Position numbers and translations under genes: made by a program. From contig JBLDXI010000021.1 of the NCBI GenBank assembly GCA_047495785.1, positions 1,984,001 to 2,048,000 on the forward strand: a stretch of DNA of 64,000 bases, given 5' to 3'. A model generated the notes under the pieces. That model searched no databases and had not been told where the DNA came from. It worked only from the letters and a program-made list of their open reading frames with translations. The stretch comes from Lepidodermella squamata (lineage: Eukaryota > Animalia > Gastrotricha). This document shows positions 51,084 through 64,000 of the stretch, in pieces (within the stretch, counting starts at the first letter, position 1; every line of letters starts with the position of its first letter).

Positions 51084-51632
51084 ATGCGCTCGGAATGGCT
51101 GGTGATCGCCGGCATGGTTATCACCGTTCAAATGATCTTTTCTTTCCGCTCAGGTAAATTTTTTATTTTTTTTCTATGCACCTATTCTGATTTGCGTTAA
51201 TTTCGTTTACATTGCCTTTCAGTTATGGCTGTGAGTTGCTATGTTTGCTCGTCGATAAATGGATCTAACCCAGCGTGCGAGGACACATTCATGGGATCGG
51301 ACCAATATTATGTCGAAAGCTGCCAAAACAGACGCCATCGACGGACAGGAAGTTACCCCTCTCAATACTGTATCAAATTCGAAGCCGAAGATGAAGGCAC
51401 AACGGTGATTGTTCGCGACTGTGCCGTCGACGATGGAGGCGTGAACGTGGACACAGAAATAGGGCGCATGTCACATTGTGGCTGGATGCAACACGTTTAC
51501 TACAACGGCAAATACATGTCAGGCTGCATATCCGCGTGTCGAATCGACGGATGCAACTCCGCATCGAAAAATTCCCTAGCTACTCTGAACATGCCACTTC
51601 TGTTATTCATCTTTGTATTCCTCAATTTTTAA
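51084..51632 (+). CDS. Ly6/quiver-like three-finger protein, tandem paralog of 47447-48025; exons 51084-51153, 51223-51632
   Basis: Same exon structure; shares NPACEDTFM, NRRHRRTG, PSQYCIKFEAED and RDCAVDDGGVNVDTEIGR. Confidence 0.9.
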
Positions 51633-52101
51633 CCAAGTCAACCGCGAAACAAGTCACTATTTTTGTAGTAAAAAAAGAGCGCATTTTTATCCGAAAAAAA
51701 TAATTTTGTTTACTTTGTTCAACCGTTCATGAATTCTCACCAGTTTTCCAACATCTCTAGGTGCAGGCGACAACAAAATACGCCCCAAGTTCGATCAGAA
51801 AAAAATATACTATATTGCAGAAACACCGTTCAGTCCAGAAAATTCGCGCAGAGATTATAATGAAGAAATGATTTGCATACAATAGAATATAATAGTTCTT
51901 CTTTCAAAAAATAGCATACTTAATTCAAGCTACTTCAACCTATAATATATTATGTTTGACGAAAGACTAGCTTCAAACACCTCAGTCGATCTTCATGTCA
52001 TTTGAAGACCGACTGGTTGTGATCAACATGTATGAGGAAGAAATGTCCATATAAGAGATTCGACCAATCAGCAGTGTTCAGTGGAGGAAGGGGAGGTACT
52101 T

Positions 52102-53735
52102 TCACATCGAGCCAATGTTCTTTGACATGGGTGACATCAGCAATGGCTGCCTGGCTGAAGATTCAGATGGCATCTGGGTCATGAGCAGGGAGCTCTCATC
52201 GTTGTAGTCGTCGTCCTCTTCCTCGTGGAAAATTTCGATGTTGCCTTTCGCCCCCTGCGGAGAGCCGCTGGCTGGGCGGGTGCCCTCGCGGTGGGGCGTA
52301 GACGAGCTAGGCCACTCACCTTCGTCGTTCAAGCGGTAGAGCAACTTTTTCCGACGACGACGAGAACACGCTGCAAATGATTAATTCAATAAAAAAAACT
52401 TCGCAGATTCGTAGATCGAACTTACAGAAAATAGCGGCGACAATCGTGACGATAGCGATGAAGCAGAATCCAGCAAAGACGATGAGACCAATCTTGATAT
52501 CAGTTGGAACAGTTTGAAGTAAGGCAACCGTAGCTTGAAGGCCAGAGTCAGAAATCGAAGCAACGGGGCGCATGGCGTCCTTCAGCGAATCTAGGAACTT
52601 ATCGACGGAGCACGAGAGTCCGCAACCGTTGCGAACCGCCATCGGGTAAGGATCCGCATTTGAGTCATTGCGGTAGAACACAGAAACTTGGATCGGTTTG
52701 GCCGAGTCATCGCTCTTGCTGAGTTCGATGAAGATAGCCGAAGCAAAAGGCGGGATACGACCATCTAAAATTAACAAAATATAAAATTTGAAATATAAAT
52801 TTAAAGAAGTAAAAACCGTAAACGCCGAAAGCAGCCAAAAGAGCAGCGACGTAGGTATCATGGGACGAGATCAAAACGAAATTAGGTGGGGCATGCAGAG
52901 ATTTCGATTCGATATTCGAAACAGATGCGTTCTTCATATACGGCGCTAGGAAGTTGAGGAGGGGCGAGCATTGAGCAACAGTCCTTTCGGGCAGTGAGTT
53001 TTGATTAGTGACGTTGAACTCAAAATCACGCATTTCATCCAACAGGTTCAAAATCGTCTGGTTGTTCTCGAGCCAGTCGACCAACTGCAGGTTGTCAGCG
53101 TACTTTTCGATCAACACAGCATCGGCCATGACGTGGCTGACATCTTTGTAGCTAGACGAGTTGAGGCCAGCTTGCTTAGCGATATCAACCAATAGCTCGC
53201 GGTACTTTTTGTCCTTCTGAGCGTACAACGCGTTGACATAAGCTGCATCTCCGCAGTATGGTGGATCCCGGCAGGTGACAGGCTGAGCAGTTTGAGGTAG
53301 GGCGTGGATGGGTTTGATCACTTTCATAAGAGTTGTGCCAATATTGAGCGAATCGTCATCTGGGTCAGTCATCAACCCGGCCATGAAAGCATTCGCACTC
53401 ATCAGCGTTCGGTCGAACTGCGTGCTGTAGACTTCAATTCGGGGCGATTTCTGCAGAACATCGTAGCAGCCGCGAACAAAACGGCCGAAGGAGTACTGCT
53501 GCTCAATGCCATGACGAGTCAACTGGCCCCAACCACCAATGTCCTTATAATACTCCTCCTGGTAACGATCGGTGGGGAAGGTTCGAAGCGGAGATCTCAT
53601 TCCATGCCGCATAACCACGATTAGTTGAACCAGTCGACTAGCAGTAGTTTCCTCGCGTTGGCAAAATCCGGGTGGGGAGGCATCCGATCGAACAAAAAAC
53701 GCCAACGTTAATACAATAAGATATCTTACAGACAT
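52102..53735 (-). CDS. Histidine acid phosphatase (lysosomal/prostatic type) with C-terminal TM, 3 exons
   Basis: Signal peptide, RHGMRSP, RTLMSA, HDT, PPFASAIFIEL, TM helix, acidic dileucine DESSLL. Confidence 0.93.
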
Positions 53736-54297
53736 CTAAAATGAAAAACACATTAATTGCATCGGATATTTTTTGACAAAAATGGAATAGGTCGCTTTTC
53801 AACAACATGGTGGTGGAATATTTGCTGTATAATTGTTTCAAGTGCCGTCGATCAAATAAAAATTGCTATGTTGCAGCACATCAGATAAATAGTAATGATT
53901 TTTTCCCGTGCCATTATCACATTTTAGATGACACTAAATAATAATTGTAGTAATCAACTAGCCGTATAAATAATTGTACATCAATCATCATCGTAGAAAG
54001 GGCGTTATAACACGGGTATTGATGCAATTGATAGCGAAAAATCTTCGATATAAAGCAGAACTTGGAGACTTGAGAATTAGCCTTTTGAATTTTGTACGTC
54101 ACCACGTTATTATTATGTTCATAGTGCCTCGTCAAAAACATGAAACGATAACAAAATAGCAGTCAATTTCTTTTATATTAAGTCTCGAAAGAAATTTTCA
54201 TCTGGATAAGAAATGTGGTTGAGCGAAGATACACCAGTCACGCTGAATTTATATCAGGTACTTTTTCATTGTCTGTTATACACATGAAATGCAATTT

Positions 54298-57200
54298 TTA
54301 AGATCGGTCTGCGGCTGCATCAGGTCCAAAGGTGTACGAATTACTGTTTCTCAGGTTTGAAGTCGGATTTGCATTCGCCTTTTTGTGCATAGTTACTCGC
54401 CACAATGCACTCAGTAGCGGATGGCCGAGCACTTCATCTGCCGAGGGTCTGTCTTTTGCGTTCGGCTGAAGCATTTTATCGATGAGCAGTCCTTTCAACA
54501 AAGGAAAACGCTCAGAAAACTGAAGGATATATTTCGGAGCCACGAAATTTGGAGTTGCCCCGCATTTTTTCGCCTTCGTCAAAATATCAACTCGTTCGAA
54601 ATCCGTACCGAACGGCACGAAAAGTTCGATGCCGACAAGGGCACTCGAATAAATGTCGACTTTCGGCGTCAGCGCGACGTTCACGGATCGCTTCTCCTGC
54701 TCCGGCGACATGTAGAGGCGAGTTCCAAGGTATGCACTTCCCGTGAAGTGCTCACTCGAAGTTTCTGACGGCTCATATCCCGGATACATGCGCATCGAGC
54801 TTGATACTACATCGCCTGCAGACAACGTGTCCCACGATGCAAGGCCGAAATCGCCGATTTTCAACACGGTGCCGTTTTGACACAGGAAAATGTTGGTCGG
54901 CTTGATGTCGCGATGAACGATTCCGCGGCTGTGAATGTGATCGAGGCCACACAGAAGCTGAGCGAACAGGTCGATCAACGTTGATTCAGCTTCTTTCTGA
55001 TCTTCGCTCGAATTTCCGTCGTAGAAACTACGCAAGGTTTGCGACCCTACAGTGCCGTCAATCCATTCGCGGAGAGTTATTTCGCACAACTGAGCTTGGA
55101 TGCAAAAATAAATCAATTTGTTCGAATCAGCGGCCGATTCGCTGCTATGGCTGGCGCGACTGACTTTGCGAGAACATGGTGAATGGTCGGTATCTTGAAA
55201 AGCAATTGAGCTTTGATTTTCATCACCACTCTTGTCTGTTTTGCTCGCAAATGCAATCGAGGATGAGTCGAAATTTTCTTTCGAAGCAAACACCACGTTG
55301 AATGAAGAATCTTTGTTAACTAACGAATGGCCAGGACGATGCCTCAGCAAAGATATCTCATCCGAGTTGATAAAGCAATCACTATCGCTTGTTTTTTGGT
55401 ACTTGCTTTGGTCTGGTGTCACCTCGGAAGCGTCCAGACAATCGCCGTCAGTGGTCTCACCGTCGCCAGTCGTGTCGCCCATGCCATTCGTTTGATTCTT
55501 GTACGGAACCGGTAGAGAGTCTTCGAACCAGGCTTGGTAAAATCGAACGACATTGATGTGGTCGAGGAGGGCCCAAGAGCGAACTTCACGTTGAGCTCGA
55601 CCTTGCTGGCTCATCTTGATCGGCACGATTTTCATGGCGTATTCCACGTTGTCGATTTTGTTCTTGGCCCGGTAAACAACACCAAAACCTCCCTTGCCAA
55701 GGCGATGAAGCGTGATAAAATCAGCCGCATACCGAGATGGCGCCTGAGGTTGTACGGGAGAAGGCGGGTCAGGTGTGACAATTGGATCGGCGACAGAGCT
55801 ACTTTTACTACGCGAATCGAATACGGTTTGCGACCCACTGCCGCTGAGCTCGATCACTTCTGGCGTCGATTGCTTCTCTTCAACGCGTTCCGTAATGTCG
55901 GTGGACACGGAAACAGTTTGAACGGCTGGTTTCGGTGATTCGGCCGCTTCAGGCTTGATTCTGCGCCATATTTTCGCGAGATAGATCGTAACGATTGATA
56001 CCACAACGCCTAGACCACCCACGATAACCCACGGTACGAATATGCTTCGGTCTGGCGATTTTGCTTGAATTAAGCGATCTGAAGGTTTGCTGTGTTTCTT
56101 CGCATGGTACAACACCCCAGACGGATTCGTCTCTGGGTAATCGAAAGGATACGGATGCGTATACAACGTAAGAGCATTCTCATCGCGTGAAGATGGATTT
56201 ATTAGAGGAGTCCGGGACACAGCTATATCAAAAGAAAATTAGACAAAATACATTATTTTAACAGTACCAGTACCTGAAAACACTAACGGCTGAGAAAAGG
56301 GAAGATTGCTACCGAATGATTGGCGCTGTAATACTCCATTTGGCAAACCAAATTTGTTAAAGTGTGAGGTGACACCCGCAGACTGATGGATGTAAGGACT
56401 GCCATTGTATTGCGACAGCAAGACGTAAGCATCGTCTAAATCATCGTCTTCGCCATCGTCGTCATACCTTCCATATCTGCCATCGTCAACGATGAATTCG
56501 ACTTCTTTAAGATTGCCTTGTCCAGCAACAACCCATGCCTTGGCAATAGGGCTGGCTAATGCATAACTTTTTCGATTATCAGAACTCTCATAATTCCAAT
56601 GTCCCAGTGACCCATCGTCAACATTCTTCTCAACCTCAACGACATTGGAGCCCAGTTGTAAGCGGAAGTTGTACTTCAAATTGTCATAGGCACTTGCATC
56701 CTCAATGAGATGATCATTCATGAAATAATTATCAGCGTAATTAACCAAGTGAATATCGTGGCTGCCCACTGAATAATTCCACCTGAAATTATATATTGAA
56801 TACATGCAAAAATAGCAAGCTGAAAATTACCTCTCCAAGCCTGTTTTAATATCAATTGCACGAAGAATCAGGACAGTTTTACGGACAGCCAACACGTCAC
56901 TAGAGGTATCAGCTTCATTTTTCAATTGACGAGTGCAGCTCTCGTGAGAGCATCGGTATAAGGTTTGCCCGTCTCTAAGCCGAACACCAAATAATTCTGT
57001 GGTGCGAGCACCTGAAAGATGAAACGGTAAATGAAGTAGTTCATCACAGCAATTGACTTACCAACAACGACAATTCGATCTGAAAGCTTATAACTTGTTG
57101 AGAGTAGATTGTCTGGGCTCAAGTACAACGGAGTAAGATGCCTCCCACGGAACTCGTACAGATCCCCATCGAGAGAAGGGATAATATGAATCTCTTCCTC

Positions 57201-57517
57201 GTCCTCAGGAGCCTGAGTCCATAGAGGATTATACGCAGTAATTTTGGGAAAACAACTTACATGAAACACGGGTATATTTGAAGAAACAAGACCGGTTGGT
57301 CCCAATGGTACACTCCAACGCAGAGAACTGTCTTCCAAGCTCACCGCATTAATTTTTCCGTCCAGCGTGCTAACAAGTAGCAGCGCTCTGAAGAATATAA
57401 ATAATAAACAATCTGCTGACTAACATTAGGGGTTAGAGTAACTCACGGTGAATTAGTTGCGGTACTTAGGTGGCAGGCATTAAAAATTATTACCAATAAA
57501 AATACATATGATATCAT
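54298..57517 (-). CDS. EIF2AK3: PERK, ER-stress eIF2-alpha kinase, 5 exons
   Basis: Signal peptide; luminal motifs [23 protein letters not shown] and ERWNYSVG; TM; kinase LGKGGFGVV, long insert, [26 protein letters not shown]. Confidence 0.95.
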
Positions 57518-59204
57518 AACACCTATACAATAGAAAATCCGATGAGTATTAAAATGAAATCAACTATGGGAAGTTTGACATTTGAGCATCCAGTTCGTGC
57601 AGCAACGAATAGACAGCTTTCAAAGCAAAAAGGCAGTGCCCTATAATATTTCAATCGAGTTCAATCCCTTGCCTCAGAAACGAAACCTGCCCTCTGTTTG
57701 GATTCTACCTTCTAATATGGATTATGCGCTAATATATAACGCAAAGGAACAGTAGGGAGAATGCGCCGCAATTAAATCGGGAAACGGGAAACCCTTGTTT
57801 TTTGTTACATTCAAATGTTTTTCAATGAGACCGAATTTTTGTTTACAAGGGGTAGACAAGGAATTGCCACGGGTACCCAAGCCTTCACCCACCCTAAATA
57901 GCATACAGCCCCCTTCAAAGTTAAGGCAAGGGCCCATATGTGATTGAGCCGGTGTCAATTAAGTTTGAAGCGATCTGGCTGATGCAGTCGATGGAAATAA
58001 ACAATCAATCGATATTAAACTCAGAAGGTGCGCCGCTATTGCCGCTATTCGGATAGTGATGGCGTATCTACTAAAAAAAGTATTGATTCATCTGCGCCAC
58101 TTTTCACTGCTGGCTGCATCATGCATCCCCCATTTCAACCAGAACACAGGGCATTTGACAGTGACTATGCGCTTCTTGGCTTAGAATTTATTCTGCTTCC
58201 ATTCTACATGTATTCCTAAAAATAACTAGGATCAGATAAGTACAGCAGTGCATAGGAATGAATTCAAGAACGGAATAATATGATGCAATATACATCAAGC
58301 TTTGAAAACTATTTGCAATCTGTCATTTCTCTCAATTTCATAATTTTGGGATGTTAACCACAATGCAGAATGTAGAATTATTGTGCGCCAATTTTCGTAA
58401 CGAAAGTGACAGAGAACAGAGAAAGAAAAAAGCACAAATTTTTGCTCTGATACCAACTTAATTGCGAGATAAATGGAAACTGGAAACTGGGAACTAGGAA
58501 ATTCTGCATGCGACATTGCTTATTGCCTCCTAAATGGCGGTTTATTGCGAAGAAGTTTCGATCATAACCCCATCCCAGCAACCACCACGGAAATGCTGAC
58601 GGTGCCAAATAGGCAACTGCAATATGCACTACTTCATTCATTAATTATTGAACTAATTTATCAGTGCGAGTATGTTAAATTTAAAAATTGTAATTTTTGT
58701 TAGGACAGCTAGACGATGAGAGTAAGTTTTTAAATATGGTTTGTTGCGATGGTGGGTTAGTCCAAAGTCCCAAATGGGTGTTCATTTCAAACTGGTTTTC
58801 AACCTTATTTAGCCTGGATACTGGCCCAGGGCCCTTCGCCATCTTCCACCGATTGATTTAATTGAATAATTGAACTTACGGCCTGCGGATTGTGTGAATT
58901 GAATTCTGAATGCTATTGCTGACCGAAAATCGCGTACTGTCAATCACAAAATTACAATTACATTCCAGATTCTAGTTAGCAAATCGCAATTGCTTTTCTC
59001 TTGTTAGACAAACAACTGGTAAAAGCAACTGATGCCTCGGCGAGAACGGTGTTTAAGATGTACCCCGTGTCCCGTGTCTCGCTCGCATCCAAATATGATA
59101 CCCTGATTGATGATTGAGTAGATTTTCCTTCGTTCGATCATTACCTTCTTGTGTTATGTCTTATCGTTCAAGATTGAATTTTATTACCTAGAGCAATCGG
59201 AGGG

Positions 59205-60610
59205 ATGTTGCGGTTTTTTATTGTTATCTCTTGCGCCTTCAATGCTGCTCTGTGTGTTTCGTATTGCCAACGAGATTTAACGAAATTGGAGCAAGTTATT
59301 GTTGTTTTTCGTCATGGCGACCGCAATCCTGAGAGCACATTTCCTACCGATATTTGGCAAGAAGACAAATGGCCTTTAGGATGGGGCGAACTGATACCAC
59401 GCGGAATTCGCCGTCATTATGATTATGGTCAATGGATGCGCCAGTGTTATGACAACCTTTTCGGAGACACTCTTACAACCAAAAATGTGTACGTTAGAAG
59501 CACCGATATTGATCGTACGTTGATGAGTGCTCAGGCTCATCTTGCTGGTGCTTACCCTCCTAAAGGCAGCCAGGTATGCAAAAATGAATTAGTGACCGAA
59601 CCATGCCTTGAAATTATAATTATACAGAAATGGGGACAACCAAATATCACTCTTGGCTCTTGGTGGCAGCCGTTTCCTGTTCACACCGTGAGCGTTTACG
59701 AAGATAATATACTGCGAGCGAACCAAAACTGTGTGCGATACACCGAGGGCGTTGAAGATGCCTACAACTCAACATTTGTTAAAAACATTGAGTATGAAGA
59801 TGCTGCGATTCTGAATTATTTGGCAACCAAGGGAGGTCTAAATTCATCCAACTTATTGGTTAGTGCTTACTAATTTTATTCTCACGCGCAGTTAATAAGT
59901 TTTTACAGGCTGTCACGAAGGCCATGTCGGACCCTGTCATTGTGGAATTGCAACAGAACAAAACTCTGGTGGATTGGCTTGCGAATAACCAAACTTTGAC
60001 TGACAGGCTGATCACTTACTTCGACCTTTGGTTTCAGCTTACTTACGCCCCTGAGCCTTTGGCTAAATTGGCCAGCGGACCTTTGTTGCAGGCCATTGTT
60101 GATAACATGGTAAATCGGTCACTTGCAGGAACGCCACATGCTCCACCTTCATTCAAGCATATCATTTATTCTGGACACGATACCACCGTTGCCGCCCTGC
60201 TCGGTTTGCTCGGCAACTTCAACGAAATCGCTCCGCCTTACACTGCGAGTGTCATATTTGAATTACACAAGATTGACGATAAAAATCATGGCGTTCTTAT
60301 TTTCTACCGAAATTCATCAGACGCTGATCCATATCCAGTTAATGTTGCCAACTGCACTGGTTTCATGGATAGCGGCTGCATTCTGACTGATTTTGTTCAA
60401 GCCGTATCTGGTAAAGTAACGCGCTCCCATTCTACCGATTGTCTTTCTGGTCGCACGAAACCTGCGGCTCCTCTTGACTTACAAACCATTCTTATCGTTG
60501 TCGGCGTGACAGCAGGTCTTATGGTCATGACGATTGCCATTGCATGCCTGCTGAAATACTTGAGAAGGCGACCTGTTGATGAACTGTTGATCGAACCTGG
60601 TGTTAATTGA
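59205..60610 (+). CDS. Histidine acid phosphatase (lysosomal ACP2-like) with C-terminal TM; exons 59205-59573, 59628-59857, 59909-60610
   Basis: RHGDRNP, WPLGWGEL, VRSTDIDRTLMSA, WQPFPVHT, YSGHDTT, PPYTAS, TM and tail VDELLI. Confidence 0.94.
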
Positions 60611-62603
60611 TTTTATTCTTTCCGCGCCCTTTTAAGCTCTTTCTAGTCTTTGTAATTCTTACATATTTGTTGTCTCAACTCTTTCAGGATTACGCATTTC
60701 AGGCTTTATGGAGAATATGATATTTGATTTTATGATGTGACTATGGGGCATGATAATTTGTATTTCAAGATATAATTTATAAGGAGCTTACTCTATCGGC
60801 TACGTATTATTTGGTATTATCGAATCTCTCCTCGCGGAGAACCTATGCTTTGGATCAATGATATAACTTTTGTAAGGTTTTCGTACTGATTTTATGCTTG
60901 CAATGAATTTAACTATAACTTCACCGGTAATTGAAAGGATGCCTAAACAATGAACGCATCGCATCGGTTGTGGATATGCGGGTAATTGATCGAACATCCT
61001 ATCGAAAAATCGATTGCTAACTTTGACTTGCTCTTTGAGGACTAATAAACGACAAACGTTGCCGATTGGTTTCGATCTATTCGTGGAGTTGATTTATTTG
61101 AATTCGTGTTTAGAAAAAAACTTAACAATTGGCTGAATTGGATTACCAGTACCAGTCTCCACCATCGCGCAGCTACCGCCCCGTTTCCTACCGGCTGGTG
61201 CTCCCGGTAATTTGCGAGCCTGGCAGAACGCCGATCAAATGGCACCGGTGGTTGTGATGGACCAGTCACAAGCCTACTCAGGGTATGTTGATTTTTGAAA
61301 CTTTACACATGCTATTGGTCCAATGTAAGTTGGTTGTGGGGGAAAATGAGGTATTTTTAAGCGCAGTCGTATCATCGCTCAGTTCAAAGTTGATGAATGA
61401 ATCGCGTAACAGTTGTAATGCGAAGCAGTGTTTTGTAGTTTGCTAATTTATTCACTAATACCTGAGACTAATAAATGTTGTTTTCATACTGGTTTGAAAT
61501 TGTTGATGAGATACACGAATGAATCGTAATATTTAACGGCAAATAATAAAGCAGGTCAGTCTAGCAGAAGTATAGCGAAGCGGCTCCATCGTTGCGCAGC
61601 CAAGCAGTGCCAAATTTTAGCCATAAATTCAACTAATATTGCAACAATCATGGCATTTCCGTATTGTTCCCAATGCGCTTGACACAACGCATAATAATAT
61701 TCTTGTTTTAATATGTTTTGTGCTTTTTGAGCGCACGTTATTAGTGGGGAAATGTTATTTTTCGCTCGTCATTGGCTTTGTCGTCGTTGTTGTCGTCGCA
61801 GCCGCTGTCGCCGTTTGTTGGCTGACTATTATTTTACGTTTCTGTGACTGTTTGCTAGCGTTTACTAGCCTTCGTCGTCATCATCATCATCATCGCTGTC
61901 GTTGTCGTCGCCGTAGTTTTAATAATCGGTGTGTGGACCTCTAGTATAATCGTATAATACAACAAATTTGACGCCGCCGCTGCTGCTGCTGCGGCTGCTA
62001 TGTTCTTTGCCGTGTGCGGACGTGTTCGCGCGTATTTTCATTCGTTTACTCAGCATTTTTCTATTATTATGATTATAACAAAATATCATTGCCACACAAA
62101 TAATATAACTATTCAAGCTAGTGTGCTGGTGATGGTGGTTGCTTTATACGCGCGACGGTGGCATTTCACTCTGTGTCTATATTTTTCGTTCAGGCGCGTG
62201 TATTCCCCAAAACTTTTACCATTGATCCCACACACATACACACACACATTATACAAATGCAGTTATAATAATTATTATAGCCCAACAACATTTTCAACGC
62301 TAGCTAACCACCTGCACCACCGTCAGTGAAGAGCACACACTTTTACCTCTATTATGCCGTTAATTTTTTTATTACTCAGCTGTAACTTTTGTCATCATCA
62401 TCGGCAGCTATTTGTGTTCTCTCGCGCCCTCTTCGCCTTTTATCTTTTACACTTGCTTAGCACGTGTCTCGTATAGTGACTCGATAAGAAGTGCTTAAAC
62501 TACGTCGTGTATTTTTGCTGTATCCATACGGCTACCTGAAAACCTAATTTCAAATGTTGTGATAGAACGCGGTTATCATAAGCCACCTCGAGCTTAATTA
62601 GTG

Positions 62604-64000
62604 ATGGATGGTTCGAGTTCCGACAACGCCGTTGACCCGTCGGCTAATTTCTGCCAGCCATCACACGATGCATTCTCTGCCTTTTGCGGCGGCGACGCCG
62701 GGGCGGGCGGGGATGACCACGGCCAGGTCAGTGGCCAGAACGATTTCGAGGCTGCCTCGCAATCGCAGCAGCAACAAGGCCAACAGCAGTCTGTTTCGAA
62801 CAGTCCGCAGTTGAATTTGTTGCATGGGACACTGGTCGACAGCAATGCGCTGGCCATTGACCAGCTCAGCAATTCTACGGCATCTCGCCCGACGTCGTTT
62901 TTTCTCGACGGCGACCAGGGCGCGGACGCTAATAACGTCCAGTCAGTTGCGACCCCGCAGCAGGGCATGAGTTACGGAGCTGAAATGTTGATGCAACAAC
63001 CTGGGTCTAGCTACGGCGTGGGAGGCTCGTCGAACAGTAGCCACGTCTCGTGGCCCTTCCCGTCGCCTCCGCTTAGTGTTCCGTTCGAAACTAGCCCGGT
63101 CACGATGCAAAGTCAATACTTTCACCAGCAGCAACAACAGCAGCTGGTTGCGACCCAGTCAGGTGGCCAGTACGCCGTCCAGCAACAGCCCGGTCAGCAA
63201 GCCGTGTTTGCACCGTCATTTCGGCCCGGGTTCACGCAACCGATGATGTGCCCAACTGACCAGGGCCAGTATCGGAATTTCGCGTCTTCCTCATCCTCTC
63301 AGTTCATAATTACTCAAAATAACGCGTCTCTCGCTAATTCTCAGCCGCGCTCGTCAATGATGCAAACATGCGTTGGGTTAAACGGTGTTGATAGGAGTAG
63401 TGGGGCGGCCATGTTTCCAATGGGGCCGAGTAGTTTCCCCGGGCAAAATTTACAACCATCCCCTCAACAGGCTCAACCGCATTTACCACATTCCAGGATC
63501 ATGGCGCCGCTGGTTGGCCAGTGCGAGCTGAAGCTGATCGAGCTCAACAAAATGCTGCAGCAGCGACCGCACCAACACCCTCAAATGCCTAACACCGACC
63601 ATGCCGGCTGGTGGGAGTCATTTGTTGGCACGTTTTTCGACGATGAAGCTGAAGTCACATTCCGCCTATTTGTTGACGACGGCCCTAAAACATTCTGTAA
63701 GTCCTTTATCTGTTTTCCCCGAAATTTTCGAATGATTTTATGGTAAATTCGCAGCAATCCACCGAGTGCTCATACCTCGACTGTTCCGCTCGTTCTACGA
63801 AAGCGGATGTCGAGATCTCTCCTTTCTTGTTACCAACCCTCGAGAAATGTCAAACGGTTCCTCTTTCATCCTCGATAGCGATAACGCTCACATTGTTGCT
63901 TTTTATATGAGACCTCAGCCTGTTTGTGTAAGTTTGTTTTATCCACCCTGAATGTTCCGAGTGTCCCAACTTCTGCACCTAGATTATGACTGAAGGCCAT
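62604..64000 (+). CDS. LDB1: LIM-domain-binding protein (LDB1/2, Chip-like), 5' part; runs off the window
   Basis: Q/S-rich N-terminus, then dimerisation domain ELKLIELNKMLQ, WWESFVGTFFDDEA, DGPKTFSIHRVLIPRLFRSFYESG; introns at 63697 and ~63927. Confidence 0.9.

Overview
Gene-dense 64-kb segment of a compact metazoan (invertebrate) nuclear genome. Spliceosomal introns are very short (mostly ~35-100 nt), so most genes are split across several ORF-track entries; I could not identify the species. Recognisable conserved genes: a class C (GABA-B-like) GPCR, a globin, RGS12/loco, a TBC1D12/14-like RabGAP, a TRPC channel, MCMBP, NGLY1, two histidine acid phosphatases flanking PERK (EIF2AK3), and the 5' part of LDB/Chip. 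Lineage-specific genes: a small 6-Cys secreted protein, a cryptic 11-exon gene, a multipass membrane protein, two PY-motif single-pass paralogs and three Ly6/three-finger proteins. Mobile DNA: a defective Mutator-like element (214-bp TIRs, 8-bp TSD) and two nested hAT-type MITEs. Most unusual: (i) an apparently perfect 485-bp inverted copy of the GPCR 3' end inside the convergent neighbour gene, bracketing a ~2.9-kb segment; (ii) a densely base-paired, probably spliced non-coding region upstream of RGS12 with mutually competing pairing motifs; (iii) duplicated alternative signal-peptide exons in a Ly6 gene; (iv) frequent GC donors and AAG acceptors, and operon-like spacing; (v) substitutions of near-invariant residues in the TRP box and GoLoco motif. 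All exon models and RNA folds were derived by eye and are unverified. No rRNA, tRNA or CRISPR array was seen.
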